Source: an uncultured Bacteroidota bacterium (GTDB taxonomy: Bacteria; Bacteroidota; Bacteroidia; Chitinophagales; Chitinophagaceae). From it: a stretch of 29,290 nucleotides of DNA. Shown here one piece after another: positions 19,226-27,700 of the stretch. Made by a program: the position numbers and the translations under genes. The DNA is taken from contig CAIYVS010000746.1 of assembly GCA_903929655.1 (NCBI GenBank), positions 1 to 29,290 on the forward strand, read 5' to 3'. Each line of letters opens with the position of its first letter. Position 1 is the stretch's first letter. The notes under the pieces were generated by a model. The model worked only from the letters and a program-made list of their open reading frames with translations, ran no database searches and was not told where the DNA came from.

Positions 19226-19329
19226 AACCCGCGAAGTTCTCTTTCTTGTGTGAACTGAATATTAAATCTGGCTTTGTGTCAAGCGTAAAATATACCGTCC
19301 CTATCGGGCAATGCTAAGATCCACCCTAC

Positions 19330-19791
19330 TTACTTTTTGGTTTTCAAGTCGTCTAATATCTCGAGTATGATCTTGTTTTGATACTCCAGATGCATTAAAA
19401 TGGTCTCGATTTCCAATTCGGCTTGCTTATTGATTTCGTAATCTGCTTCCGCGCGGGCATCTGCTATACCTGATTGCAGGTTCTGACCTATCATGATGAG
19501 CGGCATGAGGAATAACTGGATCATATTGGATATGAACAACCATAATACAAATGCAGGAAAAGGATCGAAGCGCCAGGCTTTTGGGGCGAGCATGTTCCAG
19601 CTGAGCCATAAAACAGTCCAGAAAAAAATGATGAGGAAGAATTTCATGCTGCCTACATGTTCTGTTATCCACAAAGCCAAACGCTCCATCTTACCCGCCT
19701 TTTTTCTATTTGCTTTGAACGCTTCCCTGTAAGGTTTGCGCGATTTCTTTAATTCATCCAGGGACTTTGCAATATTTTGTTCCGTAGTCAT
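19330..19791 (-). CDS. DUF1003 family membrane protein
   Basis: Two hydrophobic segments with FDPFP and IMIGQN...DARAEADYEIN, then a coiled-coil tail. Confidence 0.85.
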   Translation of the reverse strand: MTTEQNIAKSLDELKKSRKPYREAFKANRKKAGKMERLALWITEHVGSMKFFLIIFFWTVLWLSWNMLAPKAWRFDPFPAFVLWLFISNMIQLFLMPLIMIGQNLQSGIADARAEADYEINKQAELEIETILMHLEYQNKIILEILDDLKTKK

Positions 19792-19940
19792 TTTAGTATG
19801 CCTGTTTATGTTTCATTTTCATCCTCCCTGCAATATATCCTGAAATGAGCGGGAAGGACATTGATAAAAGGTATAAAGATTTATTAAATTGTGCTGAAAT
19901 TATATAAATAAACCAAGCTTCTGAAATTAATTTGCCTGTA

Positions 19941-21788
19941 ATGAAATATACCATTATAATAGTTCTGATACTCTTGAATACCAGTTGTATCGCTCAATCT
20001 CCCGACCCTTATATGGGCATCATTCCTGCCCCGGTATCTGTAAAAAGAACGAACGGGGAATTTATATACAGTCATGAAACACATGTTATCTCACAATTGG
20101 AGAACAACCGGGCGATGAATGCCTATCTGAACTTTATGCATTCCAGGGATATGGAAACAAAGAAACTTAGCTCCGCCCGGGAAGGCGGCGGCTATGAAAA
20201 TACCATCACCATTACAGAAGACGGGGCCGATGCGCTGCCTGCAGACGGATATAAGATCAGCATCACTGAAAAAAACATACGCATAGTTGGTAAGGGTGCA
20301 GGGCTTTTTTATGGCATACAAACTTTTATTCAGCTTATTTCCCAGAACAATAATTACAGCATGGTAATACCTTGCGCAGAGATAGAGGATTACCCGCGTT
20401 TTCCATACAGGGGTTTGCACCTGGATGTATCACGACATTTTTTCAGTGTGGCCTTTGTAGAAAAATATATAGACCTGATGGCTAGCTATAAGCTCAATAA
20501 TTTTCACTGGCACCTTACTGACGACCAGGGATGGCGCATAGAGATCAGGAAATACCCAAAGCTTACATCTGTTGGCAGCAAAAGGGCACAAAGCAGGGTG
20601 GGCCGTTATGGCCCTGATAGTACCGCCTTGTTTGACAATACACCTTATGGTGGTTTTTATACACAAGATGAAATAAAAGAAGTAGTGGCCTATGCTACTG
20701 CACGCTACATCAATATTGTTCCCGAAATAGAAATGCCCGGGCACTCTATAGAAATGCTGGCTGCATACCCTGAACTGAGTTGTGAGCCTGATAAAAAATA
20801 TAAAGTAGGAGAAACATGGGGCGGCTTTGATGATGTGCTTTGCCCCAGCGAAACCACTTTTAAATTCATGGAAAACGTGCTGACAGAAGTAATGGAACTT
20901 TTTCCGGGAAAGTATATTCATATAGGTGGTGATGAGTGTAATAAAGTGGCATGGAAAAAATCAAAATACTGTCAGCAATTTATCAAAGAACATGATCTGA
21001 AAGATGAAGAGGGCTTACAGAGCTATTTCATCAGGCGCATAGAAAAATTTGTAAACTCGAAAGGCCGCAGCATTATTGGCTGGGACGAGATACTGGAAGG
21101 AGGCGTGGCCCCCAATGCAACGATCATGAGCTGGAGGGGTGAAAAAGGCGGCATTGCCGCTGCACAGCAAAACCATCATGTTATCATGACCCCTGGCAGT
21201 GGTGGCTTGTATTTTGATCACAGGCAAAGCAAGTCTGACCAGGAACCTTTGTCTATCGGCGGTTATGCGCCACTTGAAAAAACCTATGCTTATGATCCTG
21301 TGCCTGCTGTATTAAGTGCTGAAGAACAAAAAAATATCATAGGCGTCCAGGCGAATGTATGGACAGAATATATTACTACAGAACAGAAGGTAGGATATAT
21401 GTTGCTGCCGCGCATGCTGGCATTGGCGGAGGTTGCATGGACGCCTCCATCGAATAAAAACTATGAGGATTTTTCTGAGACGCGCATACCCCAACAGCTT
21501 GCCAGGCTGGATGCCAAGGGCTGGGATTATCGTGTACCGGTTGCTATTGGCCTCAAGGATTCCATTGTGAGGGGTTCTGAATTCAATATAGAATTAAAAC
21601 CTTCGGTTGCCGGTGCTAAAATCTATTATACCATAGATGGTTACCTGCCCAGGGAAACTGATATGGAATATATCAAGCCTTTGCATCTAAGTGTGCCTGC
21701 CGGAAAAGAAATGATCTTTCAGACTATTGTTATTGCAGCATCAGGCAAGAGGAGTATTGTGACAAAAACGGTGTTGAGCAATAAATAG
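19941..21788 (+). CDS. GH20 beta-N-acetylhexosaminidase with C-terminal Fn3-associated/CHB_HEX_C-like domain
   Basis: YRGLHLDVSRHFF, FHWHLTDDQGWRIE, EIEMPGH, catalytic HIGGDE and GVQANVWTEY; C-terminal IYYTIDG. Start set to ATG 19941 (signal peptide ending CIA|Q). Confidence 0.95.
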   Translation: MKYTIIIVLILLNTSCIAQSPDPYMGIIPAPVSVKRTNGEFIYSHETHVISQLENNRAMNAYLNFMHSRDMETKKLSSAREGGGYENTITITEDGADALPADGYKISITEKNIRIVGKGAGLFYGIQTFIQLISQNNNYSMVIPCAEIEDYPRFPYRGLHLDVSRHFFSVAFVEKYIDLMASYKLNNFHWHLTDDQGWRIEIRKYPKLTSVGSKRAQSRVGRYGPDSTALFDNTPYGGFYTQDEIKEVVAYATARYINIVPEIEMPGHSIEMLAAYPELSCEPDKKYKVGETWGGFDDVLCPSETTFKFMENVLTEVMELFPGKYIHIGGDECNKVAWKKSKYCQQFIKEHDLKDEEGLQSYFIRRIEKFVNSKGRSIIGWDEILEGGVAPNATIMSWRGEKGGIAAAQQNHHVIMTPGSGGLYFDHRQSKSDQEPLSIGGYAPLEKTYAYDPVPAVLSAEEQKNIIGVQANVWTEYITTEQKVGYMLLPRMLALAEVAWTPPSNKNYEDFSETRIPQQLARLDAKGWDYRVPVAIGLKDSIVRGSEFNIELKPSVAGAKIYYTIDGYLPRETDMEYIKPLHLSVPAGKEMIFQTIVIAASGKRSIVTKTVLSNK

Positions 21789-21837
21789 GACCATGATTCA
21801 CTTGATTAAAGGATTGCCGGATTTTGGTGGCTAAAAC

Positions 21838-22139
21838 TCAAAACTTAATTGACACCTCCAAATGTCCACCAAGCCCGTCGGTAATAATACGTTGGAGGGT
21901 TGAGAAACGAACATCTTTTAGATCTTTTTCCAGCTTTGATATATATGACTTATTAGTCCCCGCAAGGTCAGCAACCTCTTCCTGTGTTAAACCTTTTTCC
22001 TGCCTGGCCTGCAATATAAGTGCACCAAGTTTAAATGCTTCATAGCCGGCCTCAAACTTTTCCCGCTTCTTAGTCCCTTTAAGGCCTACTTCCTTTCAAT
22101 AAATTGTTTAAGGCTTGTGAGATTTTTTACTTTCTTCAT
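21838..22139 (-). pseudogene. Frameshifted XRE/Cro-CI HTH protein (HigA-like antitoxin)
   Basis: ATG 22139 reads MKKVKNLTSLKQFIERK then TAG (22088-22086). Adding one A in the run at 22094-22096 restores a 100-aa protein: ...IEKEVGLKGTKKREKFEAGYEAFKLGALILQARQEKGLTQEEVADLAGTNKSYISKLEKDLKDVRFSTLQRIITDGLGGHLEVSIKF*. The span is 302 nt, not a multiple of 3. Confidence 0.85.
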
Positions 22140-22150
22140 AATCACTAAAT

Positions 22151-22609
22151 TCAAAGTTCACCCGCTTCTTTCAATATCTCCCTGACCACATCTTCTGAAA
22201 TACGGAAATTCGTATGTTTAACTTTATCCAGGAATGGCTTTACAGAATGTATAATTCCTCTTTGTTTCGCTTTTATGATGATACCAAAAGTACCAGTAAA
22301 AACAATATTTAAACGTGTGGCGATCTTCCGGGCGCCTCCATCATCAAGTACAACAATAGCATCGGTTAATTCATAAGTTAAGGCTATAGCGCTTGCTTCG
22401 CCTTTGTCAAGTTCAGCTTCTAATGCCTTCTGTTTATTTTTATCTTTTACTTCCTGTATCAATACCCAGCCGGGTAAATCAAATCTGAATTCTGCAGCCA
22501 CTTCGGGAGTAGTATATACTGAAGCGTAAACATTGCGTAGCAACTCAATTTCATTGATCTTTACAAGCAATATGAAGCAACTTGTATCGGCAATGACTAC
22601 TTTATGCAT
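22151..22609 (-). CDS. DUF3368 / PIN-domain protein (putative toxin)
   Basis: PIN acidic motifs VIADTS, LDKGEASAI and VLDDGGAR; C-terminal GTFGIIIKAK...FRIS DUF3368 pattern. Confidence 0.9.
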   Translation of the reverse strand: MHKVVIADTSCFILLVKINEIELLRNVYASVYTTPEVAAEFRFDLPGWVLIQEVKDKNKQKALEAELDKGEASAIALTYELTDAIVVLDDGGARKIATRLNIVFTGTFGIIIKAKQRGIIHSVKPFLDKVKHTNFRISEDVVREILKEAGEL

Positions 22610-22829
22610 TTGCTACATCCCTTTTAATGTCTGAAACGGGATAATTAAAAAAAGAAACCCCATATTGTGAAAGGATGTCAGCAAAATCAACACTGCGCAT
22701 GCCAACCATGTTTGCAGCCTGGGCCAAAGTTAATCTTCCGGATTCGTATAACTTTGCCGCTAAAAATTTCACTACATCATTTTGATCCATCCCTGATTTT
22801 ACCGGTATTTTTAAATCCACAGTTTTCAT
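22602..22829 (-). CDS. UPF0175 family protein (putative antitoxin)
   Basis: AAKLYESGRLTLAQAANMVGM pattern, 75 aa, overlapping the PIN gene start by 8 nt. Confidence 0.9.
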   Translation of the reverse strand: MKTVDLKIPVKSGMDQNDVVKFLAAKLYESGRLTLAQAANMVGMRSVDFADILSQYGVSFFNYPVSDIKRDVANA

Positions 22830-22833
22830 AGTA

Positions 22834-22841
22834 CAAAGATA
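22834..22841 (-). promoter_or_regulatory. Consensus -7 promoter element of the UPF0175/PIN operon
   Basis: TATCTTTG (exact TAnnTTTG) ending 4 nt before the ATG at 22829. Confidence 0.65.
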
Positions 22842-22887
22842 AAAATTTTAAAGCAACAAAGCTACTATATGTGCATTTCCCATCAAG

Positions 22888-24552
22888 CTATTTCTCCGTC
22901 AATACCTGCTGGCTGCGTGATATCGCATCTTTCATATCGTTCACCACATTAGCTTTGCCTATTTTAAATATCAGTCTTGCTTTTTGCAGTTCTTCAAATA
23001 CGCCTTCATGATTGACTTCTGACAATATGAGTTTGGTGTGCTGGTGATAGCACTCCTGTTGCACTTCCTCCAGTGTCCTGATACCTGTGGCATCTATAAT
23101 GGGCACATTGCGCATGCGGAGTATGAGCACCTTTGGTGTCTTTTCTATAATATTGATAGCATCTTTGAATTTGTAAGCAGCACCGAAAAACAATGGACCG
23201 TTTATTTCGTAGACCACCACTCCTTTAGGAATAATAAAATTGCTGACCGACTCTGTATCTGCCTCTTCCTGAACATCACTTAATACATCATTCAGTTCGC
23301 GCACATTGGAGAATTGTGTCATCTTGCGCATAAATAGGAATGCGGCCAGTACCATACCTATTTCGATGGCCACTGTAAGATCAACAAGTACAGTGAGTAA
23401 AAAGGTAACCAATAAAACGGCTGCATCAGAGCGGGGGCCTTTCATGATATAAACAAAATTGCGCCACTCGCTCATGTTATAAGCCACTACTATCAGGATG
23501 CCGGATAGTGTAGCCATGGGTATCAATGCAGCCCATTTGCCTACAAACAACATAATGAGGAGCAAGGTAATAGCATGTATGATACCTGCTACGGGTGTTC
23601 TCCCCCCGTTTTTTACGTTGGTAGCAGTGCGTGCTATTGCCCCTGTTGCGGGGATGCCACCGAATATAGCAGAGAACATATTGGCAGTTCCCTGTGCTAC
23701 CAGTTCCATATTTGATTTGTGATGCCCGCCTATCATACCGTCTGCCACTACTGCAGATAATAAAGATTCTATACCGCCCAATATGGCTATTGTGAATGCC
23801 GGTCTTATGAGTTTTTGAATAATAGCCCAGTCTAAATGTGGCACTACCGGCATGGGTAAATGAGTAGGTATGGCACCAAAACGACTGCCGATGGTTGCAA
23901 TGGGAATATGTAAAAAATAAACGGCTGCTGTTGTACCCAAAATGGCGATGAGCGAGCCCGGAACTTTATGTGTAACGCGTGGCCAGAACATTATTATAAG
24001 GATAGTGATAAGTGCAGTGACCAGCGAATACATATCTACTGTGGAGACCTGCCCCGCATATGCTCTCCATTTATCAATAAAATCTGCAGGAACAACGCCC
24101 ATACTCAGCCCCAGGAAATCCTTCATCTGGGATGAAAAAATAATGAGGGCTATCCCGGTAGTAAAACCAACTATTAAAGGATGGGGAATGAATTTTATGA
24201 TGACCCCCAGCCTGGCAAAACCCATTATTACCAATAGTATCCCCGCCAGGAAGGTAGCTATGATCAATCCGTTGATGCCATATTCCAGTACAATACCATA
24301 GACTATCACAATAAATGCGCCTGTCGGACCACCTATCTGTACCTTACTGCCCCCCAGGGCAGAAATCACGAAGCCGGCTATAATGGCGGTGTAAAGCCCT
24401 TTTTCGGGAGATACCCCCGAGGCGATGGCGAAAGCAATGGCGAGAGGCAATGCAACAATCCCTACTATAATACCTGCCATCAGGTCTTTCAGGAATTGTT
24501 GCTTATTATAATTCTTTAAAGTATAAATGATCTTCGGAACAAACATGGCCAT
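22888..24552 (-). CDS. sulP: SulP (SLC26-like) anion transporter with C-terminal STAS domain
   Basis: DLMAGIIVGIVALPLAIAFA, QIGGPTGAF, GGIPATGAIARTATNV, and STAS motifs YEINGPLFFGAA and IIDATG. The start could alternatively be ATG 24546. Confidence 0.95.
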   Translation of the reverse strand: MAMFVPKIIYTLKNYNKQQFLKDLMAGIIVGIVALPLAIAFAIASGVSPEKGLYTAIIAGFVISALGGSKVQIGGPTGAFIVIVYGIVLEYGINGLIIATFLAGILLVIMGFARLGVIIKFIPHPLIVGFTTGIALIIFSSQMKDFLGLSMGVVPADFIDKWRAYAGQVSTVDMYSLVTALITILIIMFWPRVTHKVPGSLIAILGTTAAVYFLHIPIATIGSRFGAIPTHLPMPVVPHLDWAIIQKLIRPAFTIAILGGIESLLSAVVADGMIGGHHKSNMELVAQGTANMFSAIFGGIPATGAIARTATNVKNGGRTPVAGIIHAITLLLIMLFVGKWAALIPMATLSGILIVVAYNMSEWRNFVYIMKGPRSDAAVLLVTFLLTVLVDLTVAIEIGMVLAAFLFMRKMTQFSNVRELNDVLSDVQEEADTESVSNFIIPKGVVVYEINGPLFFGAAYKFKDAINIIEKTPKVLILRMRNVPIIDATGIRTLEEVQQECYHQHTKLILSEVNHEGVFEELQKARLIFKIGKANVVNDMKDAISRSQQVLTEK

Positions 24553-24764
24553 GGCTGAAAAATATTGATCTTCTGAAATGCGAGCCTAAAAGTAAAAAGA
24601 AATTTAATGTCAAGTAATGATATTGAGCACAACAACATAAAAAATTAAATAATATTAATAATAGCTGATTTTACAATCAGGCTATTTCAGCAGTCTAAAC
24701 TTTTATTTTAAGATTTATATATAAAATAAGCAAAAACATACTATAAAGCTAAAAAATAGGGCAG

Positions 24765-24772
24765 TATCTTTA
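24765..24772 (+). promoter_or_regulatory. Possible -7 element for the Pls-like synthetase
   Basis: TATCTTTA (TAnnTTTG with a terminal A) 27 nt upstream of ATG 24800; no clear -33 element. Confidence 0.3.
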
Positions 24773-24799
24773 GTGTTTTTTAGTATTGTTTGCATTAGC

Positions 24800-27700
24800 A
24801 TGGATTCTATTAGTATCATTAAAGGACCGGAACGTTTGGATTTGCTGCACGATGAAACGCTTGCAGATATATTTCGTGCTTCCGCGAAACTATATGCTAA
24901 TAAAACTTCCCTGGTCTTTAATGAGCAGTACCTCAATTATACCAATTTAGACCGTTGGAGCGATGCGGTTGCTGCCTACCTTGTTCAAAAAGGAATTGGC
25001 AGGGGCCAAACAGTAGGTTTATGGTATCCCCGCAGTTTAGAACTCCATGTTGCCATACTGGGAATTGTGAAATCAGGCGCTGCCTATGTGCCGCTTGATA
25101 GGGAAATGCCCCCTGAAAGGGTGATAACTGTTTTGACGGAAGTTGGGGCGAGTGGAATTTTCAGCCTGGACCCTATCCAGGTCAATTGCCCTGTATTTTC
25201 TGTTGTGCCGATGCCCAAAGCAAGTGAAAAGATTGAGGTAAGCGCCGGCCCCCAACCAGATGACTGGGCTTATGTATTATACACTTCAGGAAGCACAGGC
25301 ACTCCGAAAGGCATTCCCATAACACACAGGCAGATATCACAACTGGCTCGTGCCGAACAAAGCATTTTTAATATACGCTCAGAAGACAGGGTGTACCAGG
25401 GTTTTTCGGTTTCGTTTGATATGTGGTGCGAAGAGACCTGGATAAGTTACCTGGCAGGGGCATCTATATGGGTAGCCGATGCAGCCACCGCAAAAAGCAT
25501 TGATGAGTTAAGCGATGTATTGAGGAAGGAAAATATCAGCATCCTGCATGCAGTACCCAGCCTGCTTGCAATACTGGAAGATGATATTCCATCTCTGCGA
25601 TTGGTAAACGCAGGTGGCGAGGCCTGTACCCCACAGGTACTGTCCCGCTGGTCTACACCGGAGCGGGAGTTTTATAATAGTTACGGGCCAACAGAAACCA
25701 CGGTTACTGCTACCCTGGCCCGCCTAAATCCGGGAGACCCGATAACGATAGGGCTGCCTATACCCAATTATAACCTGGCGGTTGTGGATGAGCATTTAAA
25801 CCCGGTGCCAATGGGCGAGAGAGGGGAGCTGGTTATCAGCGGGCCCGGCCTGTCCAATGGCTATATTAACCGGCCCGAACTGACCAGGGAAAAATTTGTA
25901 CCTAAACCAGAATCGTTAAATGCCATACCCGGAGACCGCATATACCGGACCGGGGACGCAGCCATCATCAATGCGAATGGCAGTGTAGATTTTTATGGCC
26001 GCCTGGATGACCAGATAAAATTAAGAGGCTACCGCATAGAGCTTGGGGAAATAGAGGCACGATTAAATAATCTGCCAGGCATATCAGCCGCGGCCGTGGC
26101 TGTAAAAAAAGACGCTAACCTGCAGGAACAATTAGTAGGATATGTACTGGCCGAAGATCTTACAGAATTCAGCGAGCCTGTCTTGCGGGCAGAACTTGCA
26201 AAGGTTTTGCCGCCCTATATGGTACCTGCCATCATAGTGGCGCTGCCGGAAATGCCCAGGCTGGCCAGTGGCAAAATAGATCGTAAAAATCTTCCTATAC
26301 CAGACTCCCTGCTGCAGAAAGCTGCATCCGGCGAGACAGAAGCTATAGACCCCAATTCGTCTGTAAGTGCCAGAGTGAAAGCCGCATTGAGCATTGTTTT
26401 TCCCAACAGGCCTATCGACCTTGAACAGGATTTTTTTACAGACCTGGGCGGGCATTCCTTATTGGCTGCCGTTTTTATTTCCAAGCTCAGAAAGGAGGGA
26501 CAGTTAAAAAATGTTTCGCTGAAGGATATTTACCTGCACCGGCCCATGAATAAACTGGTGGCGGAATGGGAATCTAAAGCCGGGACAAAAGCAAGAGAAA
26601 AGAGGGCATTCAATCCTATACCAAGAGGGCGCTACCTGGCATGTGCCTTTGCTCAAACACTTGCTTTAATAGTTGTTTACGGACTCTTTGCCATACAGAT
26701 ATTCCTGCCCTACCTGGGATATTATTACGTGGAAGAAGATACCAATAACCTGGGTTATGCGGTAGGTACGGCACTCTGCATGTTCTGTCTTATACCGGCT
26801 TTTTTCTCAATCATCAGCATTGCAACAAAATGGCTGGTAATAGGGAAAATAAAAGAAGGTGATTATCCTTTATGGGGTGTTTACTATTTCAGGTGGTGGT
26901 TTGTAAAGACATTGCAGCGATTGATGCAGGTACAGTTTCTGAACGGCACCCCGCTCTACCCTGTTTATCTCAGGATGCTTGGGGTAAAAATAGCACCGGA
27001 TGCACAATTAAGCGCCATGACCATTGGTGCTGAAGACCTTGTCAGCATTGGCAGCGATGTATCCATCAGTTCGCAGGCCATATTAAATAATGCAGTGGTA
27101 GAAGACGGTTTGTTAAAACTACGCCGCATCACACTCGGAGACCATGCCTATATTGGCAGCAGTGCCATCATAGCCGGAGATACTACTATTGAGGCCTGGG
27201 GAGAATTGCAGGACCTTTCTTTTCTGCCACCCGGCAAAACTATAAAAGAAGGTGAAGTATGGCAGGGCAGCCCGGCTGTTTTTGTCAAAAAAAGACCGCT
27301 TGATGAATTGCCGCAGCCATTGCATGTATCTGCAGGGCGGCGCAGGGTTTACAGTTTTATTTTCCTTTTATTACTGCTGTTGTTCCCTTTCATGGTGTTA
27401 TTACCCATATTGCCCACCATCATTATCATCAATAATATAGACAATGCCCTGCCCGATTACGATTTCAGTTATCTCGTCATTACGCCCTTTCTGTCATTAA
27501 GCTATATCATACTATTTGCTTTTGTTACAGTAGTCCTTACCCGCTGGCTGCAAAAAGGCATCAAACCGGGCAAATATTTTATTTATAGTCCCTTCTACCT
27601 GCGCAAGTGGTTTGCAGACCAGTTGATGTCTTTATCGCTTATAGTGCTGCACCCTATTTATGCCACCGTTTATGTTTCTACCCTCTTCCGGGCATTGGGT

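Noticed and set aside
21824-22045. 73-aa + strand ORF in the apparent gap after GH20
   Set aside because: It is the antisense shadow of the frameshifted HTH gene on the - strand.
22086-22130. Programmed -1 frameshift as an explanation for the broken HTH gene
   Set aside because: The only slippery heptamer (A AAA AAT, near 22123-22129) leads to a TAA a few codons later in the -1 frame, and the actual lesion site (GAA AGG AAG) is not a canonical slippery site.
21789-22887. Mobile element or genomic island around the TA genes
   Set aside because: No flanking direct or inverted repeats, integrase, transposase or tRNA were seen.
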